From positions 1 through 64,000 of the IMG/VR virus record IMGVR_UViG_3300043449_002450: a stretch of DNA of 64,000 bases; one strand, given 5' to 3'. The translations under genes and the position numbers were made by a program. The DNA comes from a virus. Positions 27,393 through 38,594 of this stretch are shown here, piece by piece (position 1 is the first letter of the stretch; each line of letters starts with the position of its first letter). Below the pieces are notes generated by a model that saw nothing but the letters and a program-made list of their open reading frames with translations, searched no databases and was not told where the DNA came from.

Positions 27393-27428
27393 GGCCCGGC
27401 AGTTTATCTGCCGGGCCTTTTCTTTTTT
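27393..27428 (+). terminator. Rho-independent terminator
   Basis: GGCCCGGCAG-TTTAT-CTGCCGGGCC followed by TTTTCTTTTTT. Confidence 0.9.
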
Positions 27429-27451
27429 ATTTTGCTTGCCATTATGTCATT

Positions 27452-29281
27452 ATGACAAAGAATTGCATTTTCGTTGCTGACCTATTCACCGAAGACTACG
27501 TCGGAGGTGCAGAACTAACAACTGACGCGCTCATTAAGAAGTCGCCTTATCCAGTCATCAAGAAGCGGGCCCGAGAGGTTGACATCAACTTTATGTCTGA
27601 ACACAAAGATGACATGTGGGTATTTGGAAATTTTGCCTCTATTGACTTCAATTTGATACCGACGATTGTCGCTAATTTGAAGTATGTTGTCCTGGAATAT
27701 GATTATAAGTTCTGTCTATACAGATCGATCGAAAAGCACGAGAATGAGACAGGAAATCCTTGTGATTGCCATGACCAGCAGATTGGAAAGCTTGTTTCTG
27801 CATTTTACCACGGCGCCGATCATGTCTTTTGGATGTCTTCTGAGCAGCGTGAGAGATATAATGATAGGTTTCCATTTTTGAGAGATCGTCCGTCAACAGT
27901 TCTATCATCTGTCTTCGATGACACATTCTTTGACGCCGTTAAGAATCTCAAGAATGATGAGCCTAGAAGCGGCTGGATTGTTCTCGGGTCAAAGTCTTGG
28001 ATTAAGGGAGCAGATGCTGCTATCAAGTGGTGTCAAGATAACGATAAGTCGTATGAGGTGATATGGGATCTCGCCTACGACCAGATGCTCAATCGCCTAT
28101 CAACTACTGAAGGGTTTGTTTACCTTCCGCTTGGAGGTGACACGTGTCCAAGGATGGTCATCGAGGCCAAGCTGCTTGGATGCCAGCTTCACTTGAACGA
28201 TAACGTCCAGCATGCCGCCGAAGAATGGTTCCAGAGCTCCCCAGATGACGTCTGTGATTACTTGATGGGTAGGCCTGATGTGTTTTGGGGGCAGGTAAAT
28301 AATATCATCCAGAATGAGCCGACGCTGTCTGGTTACACAACAACAAAAGACTGTATTTCTCAAGGTTATCCGTGGGAACTTACAATTAGCTCAATGCTTG
28401 GATTCTGTGATGAGGTTGTCGTTGTTGACGGAGGCTCCACTGATGGCACATGGGAGAAGCTACAAGAGATGTCTTCTTCTAATGACAAGCTAATCATTAA
28501 GCAGATTAAGAGAGACTGGAATCACAAGAGATTTGCTGTCTTTGATGGAGAGCAAAAAGCAGCTGCAAGAGCTCTGTGCACTAAAGACTTTTGTTGGCAA
28601 ATGGATGCTGATGAGCTTGTGTATGAGGTAGATTACGGCAAGATACGCGATCTATGCAAGAAATTCCCTAAGAATTTTGACCTAATCAGCCTGCCTGTTG
28701 TTGAGTATTGGGGCTCAAAGAAGAAAGTGAGGATGGATATAAATCCCTGGAAGTGGCGCCTAAGCAGAAACTTGCCGCACATCACACATGGCATTCCTGC
28801 TAATCTTAGACTTCAAGATCAAAATGGCGACACATATGCTCGACAAGGCACAGACGGATGCGATTTTATACACAACCAGACAGGTCATGTAATTCCATGT
28901 GCGAGTTTCTATGGTGAGGATGCGCATCGAGCAAGAATGACAGCGCTGTCTGGTCATGTTGAAGCACAGCACGCCTATACTGAGTGGTTCAAGAATGTTG
29001 TCCAAATTCTGCCTTCTGTCCGGCATCACTCATGGCTCGATATTGAGCGAAAGATCAAGACATATCGAAATTATTGGCAGAGGCACTGGGAGAGCCTTTA
29101 TGACATCCGTCAGGAGGACACACCAGAGAACAACATGTTCTTTGACAAGCCCTGGAGTGAGGTCACTGATGATGATATTAGAGAACTTGCATCTCGCCTA
29201 TCAAGCGAAATGGGCGGACACATCTTTCACACAAAGATTAATTGGTCGAGAAAGACACCACACATCGAAGGTGTTGAGTGA
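27452..29281 (+). CDS. Two-domain glycosyltransferase (GT-B-like plus GT2)
   Basis: N-terminal GGAELT and DTCPRMVIEAKLLGC; C-terminal DEVVVVDGGSTDGT and QMDADE. Confidence 0.82.
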   Translation: MTKNCIFVADLFTEDYVGGAELTTDALIKKSPYPVIKKRAREVDINFMSEHKDDMWVFGNFASIDFNLIPTIVANLKYVVLEYDYKFCLYRSIEKHENETGNPCDCHDQQIGKLVSAFYHGADHVFWMSSEQRERYNDRFPFLRDRPSTVLSSVFDDTFFDAVKNLKNDEPRSGWIVLGSKSWIKGADAAIKWCQDNDKSYEVIWDLAYDQMLNRLSTTEGFVYLPLGGDTCPRMVIEAKLLGCQLHLNDNVQHAAEEWFQSSPDDVCDYLMGRPDVFWGQVNNIIQNEPTLSGYTTTKDCISQGYPWELTISSMLGFCDEVVVVDGGSTDGTWEKLQEMSSSNDKLIIKQIKRDWNHKRFAVFDGEQKAAARALCTKDFCWQMDADELVYEVDYGKIRDLCKKFPKNFDLISLPVVEYWGSKKKVRMDINPWKWRLSRNLPHITHGIPANLRLQDQNGDTYARQGTDGCDFIHNQTGHVIPCASFYGEDAHRARMTALSGHVEAQHAYTEWFKNVVQILPSVRHHSWLDIERKIKTYRNYWQRHWESLYDIRQEDTPENNMFFDKPWSEVTDDDIRELASRLSSEMGGHIFHTKINWSRKTPHIEGVE

Positions 29282-29973
29282 GAAAGATTTCTGTAATCAT
29301 ACCTGCTTATAATGCAGCATCAACTTTACGTGAAGCTGCTGAGAGCGCTCTCAAGCAAGGTGATGCTATAGACGAAGTTATCGTAATCGTGAATGGATGC
29401 ACAGATGACACAATGAGCATTGCTCTTGGTCTTAGAGATGAGGACGCTCGCGTCGCAGTTGTTGAGTCTGTTAAAGGAAAGGTTCCTGCTAGGAATAAGG
29501 GGTTTGAGGTAGCTAAGAATCCCATCATAGCATTGCTTGATGCTGATGACATCTGGCACGATGGAAAGATTGAAAAGCAGCTAGCGGCCTTTAGCGACGA
29601 TATTGACATACTTGGCACCCAGATCACTACGACAGATAAGAAAGGCTTTCCTTTGCCCGAACAAGTCACACATCCGTGTGACGGCTTAACGATTGTGAAT
29701 CATCTTCTGAATGGCAGGAATTGCTTAGCAAACTCTAGCGTCATCTTTAGAAAGTCAATCCTAGATTTTGTTGGAACATATGAGGATTGCTTTCCATTTT
29801 GTGAAGATTACCACTTCTGGCTCAGAGCTATAAAATTTGCAAGGATGAAGAACCTACCTGAGCGTCTCGTAACTTATCGATTTGAGCACAGTCCTGCTTA
29901 TGATCCTCAAATTGCCGTAGCATTATCAAGCTTCTACAGGTCGCTGTATGCTTACACAGGCGTGATTAAATGA
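29278..29973 (+). CDS. Glycosyltransferase family 2
   Basis: ISVIIPAYN, ARNKG, LLDADD, EDYHFWLR. Confidence 0.9.
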   Translation: MRKISVIIPAYNAASTLREAAESALKQGDAIDEVIVIVNGCTDDTMSIALGLRDEDARVAVVESVKGKVPARNKGFEVAKNPIIALLDADDIWHDGKIEKQLAAFSDDIDILGTQITTTDKKGFPLPEQVTHPCDGLTIVNHLLNGRNCLANSSVIFRKSILDFVGTYEDCFPFCEDYHFWLRAIKFARMKNLPERLVTYRFEHSPAYDPQIAVALSSFYRSLYAYTGVIK

Positions 29974-30779
29974 TCGACATTATTATCTACTCCAAGAATA
30001 GGCCGTTGCAGCTCTACGCACTATTAGAGTCCTTATACGCACTAACTGATGCAGTTACTGCCACTAATGTGTCAGTCATCTACAAATATGACGATCCTTA
30101 CCGTGACTGCATTGCAGAATTACAAACTAAGTTCAATGCAGTTAAGTTTATTCAACAAGAAGATTTTAGGCGTGACACTTTAACAACCTTGATAACAAGC
30201 ACTAATCAGTTTTGCACCTTCCTGGTAGATGATATTATTTTCAAGTCAGGCGTCTCATTTAATGACATAGAACACCTGCTTTCTTCTAATCCTAGCGTGC
30301 TGACATTTTCCATGCGTATGGGTCTACACCTAAATTATTGCTACCCGACAAATACACACCAGCCTATTCCAAATGGCACTACAATTAATGAGATCTTTGT
30401 GTGGGACTGGACACAAGCGTCAGGTGACTGGGCATATCCAGTATCTTTAGATGGTCACATTTTCAAGAAGAGCGACATCTTAAAATGGACATCTAAGATA
30501 AATTTCTCAAATCCAAACCAGCTTGAAGATTACTTACAGAATGCTTTTAAGATTGACGCTGTATCAAAACAATGCGTTTGTCACGCAAGATCTTTAATTG
30601 TTAATTTGCCACTCAATAGAGTGCAAAATGAGTATAAGAACCGCTGTGGTGAAATTTCTGTAGAAGAACTTTATGATATTTGGATTAAAGGAAAAAAGAT
30701 CGACACACAGACAGTTGTCAACATCAACAATAATTCTGCTCATTATCCCACTAATATTGCAATAGTGGAAAGAAATTGA
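29970..30779 (+). CDS. GT-A fold glycosyltransferase-like protein
   Basis: IIYSKNRPLQL and FLVDDIIF; lies in the glycan locus. Confidence 0.65.
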   Translation: MIDIIIYSKNRPLQLYALLESLYALTDAVTATNVSVIYKYDDPYRDCIAELQTKFNAVKFIQQEDFRRDTLTTLITSTNQFCTFLVDDIIFKSGVSFNDIEHLLSSNPSVLTFSMRMGLHLNYCYPTNTHQPIPNGTTINEIFVWDWTQASGDWAYPVSLDGHIFKKSDILKWTSKINFSNPNQLEDYLQNAFKIDAVSKQCVCHARSLIVNLPLNRVQNEYKNRCGEISVEELYDIWIKGKKIDTQTVVNINNNSAHYPTNIAIVERN

Positions 30780-31624
30780 CAGCTATTAATCTTCACTTTA
30801 ATTCTATCAATAGAGGACCCGGTAAAGTTGTAGAAAATCTAGCACTAGGTTTGAATAGGCTAGGCATAACTCTTTACGCAAATGACATACCGCGTCCCGG
30901 CGTATACCAGAGCTGCTTACAGCCAACAAAAATGTTGAGTGCCCTACCAAAAAATACTTTAATGGGTCCTAATCTCTTTGTCCTACCTAGCGAATGGGGC
31001 GATTTTTGTCAAAATTTTGATCATTATGTTGTTCCAAGCCAGTGGGTTTTAAGCAAGTATAGAGAGTTTGAAAATTTATCACATGCAACCATAGACATAT
31101 GGCCTGTAGGAATAGACACAAGCACGTGGAATAGTTCTGGTTCTAAAAAGAACAATAAGATCCTTGTCTATTTGAAGAATCGAGATGCTTCTCTTGTAGA
31201 AAAAATTGTTAAAGAACTCAAAGAAGCTTTATTTGAAGTTGTTTTATTGTCCTATGGGTCATATCAAGAAGATGATTTATACAGAGCATGCATGGAATGC
31301 AGCGCCTGTGTTCTTGTTAGCAATACAGAATCACAAGGAATTGCTTATATGCAAATTTTATCCTCTGGTATACCCTGCTTTGTTCTTGATACAAAATTCT
31401 GGAACAATGAAGGAAAATATAAGCAAGTTCCTGCAACAAGCGTTCCTTACTTCAACGAAAAATGCGGTTTAATACGGGATAACTTTAACATAAGTGAATT
31501 TAAAAATTTTGCGTCTAACCTTGATACCTTTGACCCAAGAAGCTATATTGTTGAAAATCATTCGCTAGAAGAGAGTTCAAAATCTTTTTTAAACATATTG
31601 GAGGTTAAAAGTGTTAGTATCTAA
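30776..31624 (+). CDS. Glycosyltransferase (GT4-like)
   Basis: VVPSQW, WPVGID, SNTESQGIAYMQILSSGIP. Confidence 0.75.
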   Translation: MTAINLHFNSINRGPGKVVENLALGLNRLGITLYANDIPRPGVYQSCLQPTKMLSALPKNTLMGPNLFVLPSEWGDFCQNFDHYVVPSQWVLSKYREFENLSHATIDIWPVGIDTSTWNSSGSKKNNKILVYLKNRDASLVEKIVKELKEALFEVVLLSYGSYQEDDLYRACMECSACVLVSNTESQGIAYMQILSSGIPCFVLDTKFWNNEGKYKQVPATSVPYFNEKCGLIRDNFNISEFKNFASNLDTFDPRSYIVENHSLEESSKSFLNILEVKSVSI

Positions 31625-32354
31625 TGAATGGGATCAAAATCTTAAGAAGATAGAGAATTTAGACTTGTCTAGCCTCTTGAAGAACAACACAATACGATCA
31701 ACTATGTATCAATCTGATATTAATATCTTTGCAAAGGAGGCAACCTACCTTCTTGGTAAATTCCCACAACAGCTTGAAAAGATACGCAGAAATAAAATTG
31801 ACAATGAGATTGGTGAGGATCTATTCGAGACAAACGTGGGAATATTTTGTCCAAATGATGTTCATCACCTTTATCACATCTGTCTTTTTATTGAAAATAC
31901 AGGGATGTCTAAGAAGAAGAAGATATTTGAATGGGGCGGAGGATATGGCAACTTTTGCAAGATATTCAATCTAGCATTTCCAGATCTCGTCGAAGACTAT
32001 GTAATTTTTGACCTACCCCAGCTCAGCAAACTACAGAGAAGCTATCTTGACTCTAAAGATCTACAGAAAGTAAAGACCGATAGCAGCACGGAAAACTTAG
32101 ATAACCTGTCTAAGACATGCGATTTATTTGTTGCGACATGGTCTCTTAGCGAATGTCCAGTTGAGCTTATTGATAAAGTTGAAAGTCTAGGTTTCCTAGA
32201 CACTTCTATGTTGGTGGCACTACATCAGTGTGGGTCCCACATTCCATTCTTCAAAGAATCAACCCATCTCCTAGAAAAGCTTAAGAAGAGATCTCCTACT
32301 ATCGTTAAAAATGAAGTTATACCAGGCATAAATTTTTATGCGTTCAAAGGATAG
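31611..32354 (+). CDS. Putative sugar O-methyltransferase
   Basis: SAM motif FEWGGGYG, IFDLP, FVATWSLSE. Confidence 0.75.
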   Translation: MLVSNEWDQNLKKIENLDLSSLLKNNTIRSTMYQSDINIFAKEATYLLGKFPQQLEKIRRNKIDNEIGEDLFETNVGIFCPNDVHHLYHICLFIENTGMSKKKKIFEWGGGYGNFCKIFNLAFPDLVEDYVIFDLPQLSKLQRSYLDSKDLQKVKTDSSTENLDNLSKTCDLFVATWSLSECPVELIDKVESLGFLDTSMLVALHQCGSHIPFFKESTHLLEKLKKRSPTIVKNEVIPGINFYAFKG

Positions 32355-32367
32355 GAGAAATTGTCAG

Positions 32368-33186
32368 ATGACAGAAATTAATAAGAAACCGCTTATTAGC
32401 ATGATAACATCATGCTATAATATGAAGAGTTTTCTTCCAGGTTTTCTTACAAATGTTACTAAACAAGCAGAATTTGATAGAATTCAAATTGTCCTTGACC
32501 ATAATGAGCCCGATAGTGAAGAAATATCCTGGATAGCACAATTTAATAACAAATATCCAGGCAAGATTAAGCATATGGTCAAAGACAAGGTTATTCCATA
32601 TGGCATGTCTATCAATGAGTGTATAAGAAATGCCGATGGTGATTATTTGGGCATATGGAACATAGATGATGCTAGAACTTTCAATAGCGTGGCATCACAA
32701 GCTAGGTTGCTTGATACCGATCGAGATATTGATATTGTCAATGGAAGCTTTATCATTACTAATAAGTTCGATCTTAGGTGGGGAAAGTTAGTAGATCACA
32801 GCACTTACCCAAGGTCTGAGTATCAAAGAAGTATGATCCTTGGTCCTTTTTTCATGTTTAGAAAGTCACTCATAGAAAAGTGTGGCTATTTTGATGAGCA
32901 ACTTAGGAGTGGCGCAGATTTTGACTTTGCAGTTCGAGCGACACATCATGCTAATAAGATTGGTTACTCAAAAAGCATACTAGGCTATTACCTTGATGAA
33001 GGAAAAGGGCTTTCAACTCGAGGCGACGGCCTGCAAGAGGTAGAAAGAACTGTAATTGAGTTAAGATACGGTATTCTTGATAAAGTTGATCATAAATTTG
33101 TTGAAAGAGCAAATCAATACGATATCAAAAATATTAAAATTGCAGGCAAAGACATTCCAGCACTATCTTTTATGGTGGCAAAATGA
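32368..33186 (+). CDS. Glycosyltransferase family 2
   Basis: ISMITSCYN, WNIDD, GYFDEQLRSGADFDF. Confidence 0.85.
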   Translation: MTEINKKPLISMITSCYNMKSFLPGFLTNVTKQAEFDRIQIVLDHNEPDSEEISWIAQFNNKYPGKIKHMVKDKVIPYGMSINECIRNADGDYLGIWNIDDARTFNSVASQARLLDTDRDIDIVNGSFIITNKFDLRWGKLVDHSTYPRSEYQRSMILGPFFMFRKSLIEKCGYFDEQLRSGADFDFAVRATHHANKIGYSKSILGYYLDEGKGLSTRGDGLQEVERTVIELRYGILDKVDHKFVERANQYDIKNIKIAGKDIPALSFMVAK

Positions 33187-34064
33187 AATTTATAGCTCTA
33201 ATTCCATTTAAAAATGAAGAAAGATTCTTGCCCACATGTCTTTCTAGCATAGAAAACATTGTTGATGAAATCATATGCATCGATGATGGATCAACAGACA
33301 GATCAAGAGAGATAGCAGAGAGCTATGGATGTAAGGTCTACAAAAATGATCAACTTCAAGATTACGGATGGGCTGAACACCACATTAGGCAATCGTTGCT
33401 TCGTTTAGGTAGAGAATCCGGTGGCACACATTTTCTTTGTCTTGACGCAGATGAGGCACTCACTTACCAATGTGGCATTACATGTAGATTTGCCGCATCG
33501 ATGTTAAAACCAGGTCAAAATCTAAGAATGCAATGGCTTGCATTGTGGAAGAGTCCATACCACTTTAGACATGACAGGTCGGTCTGGAGCAATAATTTTA
33601 AGGATTTTATATTTGCAGATGATGGCATCTGTAGCTACAATTATGAGTTTATGCATGTTGCAAGAACACCCGCAAGAGATGGTGATATTACGTTAAATCC
33701 TGATATGGGCGCCGTTCTTCACTACCAGTTTGTTGATTGGGATTCGTTCAATATAAAGCAGGCAGATTATAGATGCTCAGAGCTAATAAATGTTCCCTAC
33801 AACTCAATAGGAATTAATCAGAAATATTCTATCACTTTTGAGAGAGACGACGTTTTTCTTCAAGAAATCCCTGAAGAATGGCTCATCAATATTAAGCAGC
33901 CAGATTTTGATAGTCCATACACTGACTGGAGGCGTGATAGAATTACATCATTCTTCAAGCAGAAAGGACCTGAATTTTTTGAGTCTCTCAACATCTGGCA
34001 CATAGAATCGTTGAGTGAAGAATTTAGGTCTATGACAGGCAGATATCCAAGGAGCTTGGCGTGA
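33183..34064 (+). CDS. Glycosyltransferase family 2
   Basis: KNEERFL, DEIICIDDGSTDRS, CLDADE. Confidence 0.88.
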   Translation: MKFIALIPFKNEERFLPTCLSSIENIVDEIICIDDGSTDRSREIAESYGCKVYKNDQLQDYGWAEHHIRQSLLRLGRESGGTHFLCLDADEALTYQCGITCRFAASMLKPGQNLRMQWLALWKSPYHFRHDRSVWSNNFKDFIFADDGICSYNYEFMHVARTPARDGDITLNPDMGAVLHYQFVDWDSFNIKQADYRCSELINVPYNSIGINQKYSITFERDDVFLQEIPEEWLINIKQPDFDSPYTDWRRDRITSFFKQKGPEFFESLNIWHIESLSEEFRSMTGRYPRSLA

Positions 34065-35218
34065 TAAGAGTTGCATGTGTGAAATTTGGAGGTCTTGCAA
34101 CTGGAGGCACAGAACGCCTCTTGCAGTCTATTGCAGCCTACCTACCGAAAGACCAATTTGACGTAACATTCTTCTATTGCGATTCTGCACCTTATATTGG
34201 TTCTGATTGGGTGCACCCTGACACAGATCCATTACGTCTTAAGTTTCTTGAAGATCACAATGTCAAGCTTAAGAAGTTTAAGGTAAAGGCAAAAGATATC
34301 ACGCATCCGCACCATATGTGGATTGATAGCGATTTTTTTGATATTTTTAATGAAGAAGACTTTGATATTATACAGACAGCGAGAGCAGGACATCCTGAGT
34401 ATCCATTCACACATATCAACAAGACACCCATAATTGACGCCATCACACTTCCCGGTATGGCTGAAGACAAAGAAAATATTAAGTCTGTGTTCCACATTAG
34501 CAAATACCAGGCAATGACGTGGGCTAATGCTGGTGGACCAATTAGAAAGGCTGTTATACTCCCAATCTTTCAAGATTTAAAAAGATCAGATTTAAACCTA
34601 AGAGCATCTCTTGGAATACCTGATGATCATTTTGTTTTTGGTTTTCACCAGCGGCAAGACGATGGCATAGCAACAAGCCTAGCGTTGGATGCTTATTCTC
34701 TCATACAAAATGATAAAACTCATTTTTTGATTTTAGGCGGAAGCAAAGAGTATAAGACATATGCTGAATCTATTAAACTTAAGAATTTTATCCAACTTGA
34801 TCACACAGGTGACCCAGAAAAAATTAGTCAATTCTTAAACACTTTAGATGTCTTTTGTCACAATAGAAAAGATGGTGAAACTTTTGGTGCCGTAATTGCA
34901 GAGGCTTTATTTCATAGCCTGCCTATTATTTCACATCTTGCTCCAGCATTAGGTCAAATAGAAACAGTTGGACCCGCGGGCTTTATATGCAATGATCATG
35001 AAGCGTATTCTAAAAGAATGCGCCAATTGATAGATGATCACGATCTACGGGTCAGACTCTCAAAATTAGCAATTAAGCACTATGAAAGAAACTATCTGCC
35101 AGATATATGCATGAAGACAGTAATAGACACATACCATAGACATTCAAAATGCTTCATAAGGAAAGACTTGCGTCAAGACCAGTATATTGATAACTGGTTA
35201 GATGGTAGCGAGAAGTGA
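34061..35218 (+). CDS. Glycosyltransferase family 4
   Basis: GGTER and GETFGAVIAEALFHSLPII (ExFG..EA motif). Confidence 0.88.
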   Translation: MIRVACVKFGGLATGGTERLLQSIAAYLPKDQFDVTFFYCDSAPYIGSDWVHPDTDPLRLKFLEDHNVKLKKFKVKAKDITHPHHMWIDSDFFDIFNEEDFDIIQTARAGHPEYPFTHINKTPIIDAITLPGMAEDKENIKSVFHISKYQAMTWANAGGPIRKAVILPIFQDLKRSDLNLRASLGIPDDHFVFGFHQRQDDGIATSLALDAYSLIQNDKTHFLILGGSKEYKTYAESIKLKNFIQLDHTGDPEKISQFLNTLDVFCHNRKDGETFGAVIAEALFHSLPIISHLAPALGQIETVGPAGFICNDHEAYSKRMRQLIDDHDLRVRLSKLAIKHYERNYLPDICMKTVIDTYHRHSKCFIRKDLRQDQYIDNWLDGSEK

Positions 35219-35260
35219 TAAACTAGGTCAAGCAAATCTCTATAATGATAAGAGAGAAAA

Positions 35261-36256
35261 ATGACCATATTAATCACAGGCGTCGCAGGTTTAATGGGAT
35301 CCAGACTCGCTGACTGGATCTTAAAGAATACAGAGCATAAAGTTATTGGAATTGATAACCTATCTGGGGGCTATGTCGAAAATATCCCAAATGGCGTAAA
35401 GTTCTATAAGCTCGATCTAGTCACCGACACCAATGACTTAAAAGATATTTTCAAGAACAATAGAATCGATACAGTCTACCATCTAGCAGCATATGCTGCC
35501 GAGGGCCTGTCACCATTTATTAGAAAATTTAACTACGAGACTAATGTTATAGCATCAGTTAATTTGATCAATAATTCAATACAAACGGGTGTTAGAAGAT
35601 TTGTATTTACTAGCTCAATGGCTGTATATGGGAATAGCACGCTGCCGCCGTTTAGTGAAGACATAATTCCTAGCCCAATTGATCCGTATGGCATTGCAAA
35701 ATATAGCGTTGAGATGGATCTTAGCGTTGCATTAAAACAGCATGGTCTTGAATATACAATCATTAGGCCTCATAATTTTTACGGTGAAAATCAAAACATC
35801 TGGGACAAGTATCGTAATGTTTTAGGAATCTGGATGTTACAAATTATTAACGGTAGACAGCCTACCATCTACGGCGATGGAAAACAGACACGTGCATTTA
35901 GCTATGTTGATGACTCACTAGAACCAATGTGGCGAGCATCACAATTAGATGAATGTAAATCACAAATCATCAATCTAGGTGGAATTAAGAGCCACAGCAT
36001 AAATGAAGCATGTGACATATTAAGAGATGTAACAGGCACCAAATTAACTCCAACTTATCTTGAAGCTCGCCATGAGGCTAAGCACGCGTGGTCAACATGG
36101 GAAAAATCTGAACGTCTGTTAGGATTCAAGCACGAAATTGATCTTCACGAAGGTTTAGCTAGAATGTGGAAGTGGGCGCAAACACAGCCGCGACGTCCCA
36201 TTAAGAAGTGGGAAGAATACGAGATCGATCGAGACATCTACAGCTATTGGAAGTGA
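35261..36256 (+). CDS. NAD-dependent epimerase/dehydratase
   Basis: ITGVAGLMGS, TSSMAVYG, YGIAK (YxxxK), GDGKQTRAF. Confidence 0.92.
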   Translation: MTILITGVAGLMGSRLADWILKNTEHKVIGIDNLSGGYVENIPNGVKFYKLDLVTDTNDLKDIFKNNRIDTVYHLAAYAAEGLSPFIRKFNYETNVIASVNLINNSIQTGVRRFVFTSSMAVYGNSTLPPFSEDIIPSPIDPYGIAKYSVEMDLSVALKQHGLEYTIIRPHNFYGENQNIWDKYRNVLGIWMLQIINGRQPTIYGDGKQTRAFSYVDDSLEPMWRASQLDECKSQIINLGGIKSHSINEACDILRDVTGTKLTPTYLEARHEAKHAWSTWEKSERLLGFKHEIDLHEGLARMWKWAQTQPRRPIKKWEEYEIDRDIYSYWK

Positions 36257-36257
36257 C

Positions 36258-37013
36258 ATGTTCTCAATAGGCATTGTGACGTATGAAGCAAGATTTGAGA
36301 AATTCTTCATTCCCTTGCTGCATAGTATCAAGGCAACAAATCCAGATGTTGAAATTATAGTCTGTGTAAATGGCAGTCATAACAAGCCATTTAATAATGA
36401 CTATAGAGCAAAGATGTGCTACTTATTAAGCATGTATAAGAATGTGTATCCAATGTTTTGGACACAGTTTAGATCCTTATCTAAGCTGTGGAATAATATA
36501 CTGATTAATTCTTCGAATGATAATGTCTTGATTCTTAACGATGATGTGTCAATACGAAGTGTAAAAATGTGGAATCTTCTTGATTACGCCATCAAGGCCG
36601 CGAAAGGACAATCATTTAAGATGAATGAGACGTGGAGCTTTGTTTGCCTTAATAGGAGAGAGATTGAGCGTGCAGGTTGGTTTGATGAGAGGCTTCTAGG
36701 TGTAGGTGAAGAAGACGGTGATATGGAGTTTCGTCTATGCCAGGATAAAGGTCTAAGTAAGTTTCCATCAATAAATGGTTTCCCTATTGTCAATTACACA
36801 TCACCTGATGGCAACCAACAAAACACTAGAACAAGTCATGGTCGTTACAACATCTTCAACACTGAGTTTATTCAAGAAAAATATAAGATTGATGATGAAG
36901 GGTCTAAAATAGGCATAATGTGCGGCGACGGAAATTCTAGAGTTGTAGTTAATCCAACACCCTTGCAATACCCATGCGAGAGATTCTTTTGGGATAATAA
37001 GGATAAACTATGA
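36258..37013 (+). CDS. Glycosyltransferase (GT2-like)
   Basis: LILNDD, GWFDERLLGVGEEDGD. Confidence 0.78.
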   Translation: MFSIGIVTYEARFEKFFIPLLHSIKATNPDVEIIVCVNGSHNKPFNNDYRAKMCYLLSMYKNVYPMFWTQFRSLSKLWNNILINSSNDNVLILNDDVSIRSVKMWNLLDYAIKAAKGQSFKMNETWSFVCLNRREIERAGWFDERLLGVGEEDGDMEFRLCQDKGLSKFPSINGFPIVNYTSPDGNQQNTRTSHGRYNIFNTEFIQEKYKIDDEGSKIGIMCGDGNSRVVVNPTPLQYPCERFFWDNKDKL

Positions 37014-37043
37014 CTACAACGCACACATTCTAAAGGAAAGAAG

Positions 37044-37667
37044 ATGTATTATTCACAACTAGGTCAAGATAAAATTATTGATGAAATTTTCAATTTTTCT
37101 AACGATAAATTTTTTGTAGAAGTTGGTGCGCACGACGGTGTATCATGTTCAAACACGCTCTTTTTTGAAGAAACACGGCAATGGAAAGGAATTTGTATCG
37201 AACCTAGTCCTAAAAATTTTGCTAAACTAGTTCAAAATAGAAAGTCTATAAACATAAACTCATGTGTATCTAATTTTGAAGGAGAGGTAAATTTTGCTAA
37301 CATCGTTGGTTACTCAGAGATGTTATCAGGAATCATCGATCACTACGACCAGCGACACATTAATAGAATAAATAATGAGCTAGCTCAATATGGTGGCTCT
37401 GCTGAGATTATCAAAGTCCAATCAGTCAAACTTCAAACCATATTCAATCTATTTAACGTAAAAAATGTTGATTTTTGCTCAATTGATACTGAGGGATCTG
37501 AGTTGGAAGTTTTAAATTCAATTGACTTCAATAAGACAAAAATTAAATGCTTTTCAATAGAAAATAATTTTAACACAGATGACGTCAAAAATTTCTTAGA
37601 AAGCAAAGGTTATAATCTTTTTGTTAGACTTTCATTTGAAGACATTTATACACTGGAGAAGATTTAA
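37044..37667 (+). CDS. FkbM family methyltransferase
   Basis: YSQLGQD, FVEVGAHDGVSCSNT, IDTEGSELEVL. Confidence 0.9.
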   Translation: MYYSQLGQDKIIDEIFNFSNDKFFVEVGAHDGVSCSNTLFFEETRQWKGICIEPSPKNFAKLVQNRKSININSCVSNFEGEVNFANIVGYSEMLSGIIDHYDQRHINRINNELAQYGGSAEIIKVQSVKLQTIFNLFNVKNVDFCSIDTEGSELEVLNSIDFNKTKIKCFSIENNFNTDDVKNFLESKGYNLFVRLSFEDIYTLEKI

Positions 37668-38588
37668 ATGGTGTTAATAACAGGATCTTCTGGGCTTCTT
37701 GGAAGTGAGATTCTTGCCCTGTCACCAGGAGCCATCGGTCTTGCCTCAAGAGATTGTGATCTCACCGAATCGAATCATGCCATTCTCACTCTGGAAGATG
37801 GACGAGTAGACACTGTCATCCACTGTGCTGCAAGGGTCGGAGGCGTGAAGGCTAACACAGACTATGTTGCTGACTTCTTTGATGACAACGTCAAGATGAA
37901 TATGAACGTGTTGAACGCTTGCAAGGAGAGGAAGCTGAAGCTTGTCTCCGTGCTCTCAACTTGTATCTACCCAGATGCACCCTACGTGAAGTATCCGCTC
38001 ACTGAAGACCAGCTTCACATGGGTCCTCCGCACCAGTCAAACTTTGGCTATGCCTACGCAAAGAGGATGCTCGAGGTCCAGAGTCGAGCTTACCGCCAGC
38101 AGTATGGGTGTAACTTCATCTCCGTCATTCCGAACAACCTCTATGGCATCAATGACAACTACGATCTCAACAGCGGACATGTCATTCCAGCTCTCATTCG
38201 GAAGTTCCATGAAGCGACAATTAACGGTAAGCAAGAAGTTGTTGTTTGGGGATCTGGAAAGCCCTTAAGAGAATTCACATTTGCTAGAGACGCGGCAAAA
38301 ATCATCTTATGGCTTGCTTCCAACTATGATGGTGATAAACCAGTCAACATAGGTAATCCAGAGCAAGTCTCAATTGAAAGCCTTGCACTTGCCATCTCGG
38401 GTGAAATGAGATTTAAGGGAACGATTAAGTTTGATAACACCAAACCTGATGGTCAATTTAAGAAGCCATCATCAAATGCGCATCTAAGGTCTCTCGGTTG
38501 GAAAGGTGAATACACGCCACTTTGTGATGGATTGCGTGAGACGATAGAGATATTCTTAAAAAATTACCCTAAAGTGCGAGGCATCTAG
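37668..38588 (+). CDS. fcl: GDP-L-fucose synthase
   Basis: AARVGGVKAN, STCIYP, YAYAKR, PNNLYG, HVIPALIRK, WGSGKPLREF. Confidence 0.93.
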   Translation: MVLITGSSGLLGSEILALSPGAIGLASRDCDLTESNHAILTLEDGRVDTVIHCAARVGGVKANTDYVADFFDDNVKMNMNVLNACKERKLKLVSVLSTCIYPDAPYVKYPLTEDQLHMGPPHQSNFGYAYAKRMLEVQSRAYRQQYGCNFISVIPNNLYGINDNYDLNSGHVIPALIRKFHEATINGKQEVVVWGSGKPLREFTFARDAAKIILWLASNYDGDKPVNIGNPEQVSIESLALAISGEMRFKGTIKFDNTKPDGQFKKPSSNAHLRSLGWKGEYTPLCDGLRETIEIFLKNYPKVRGI

Positions 38589-38594
38589 AAGTTA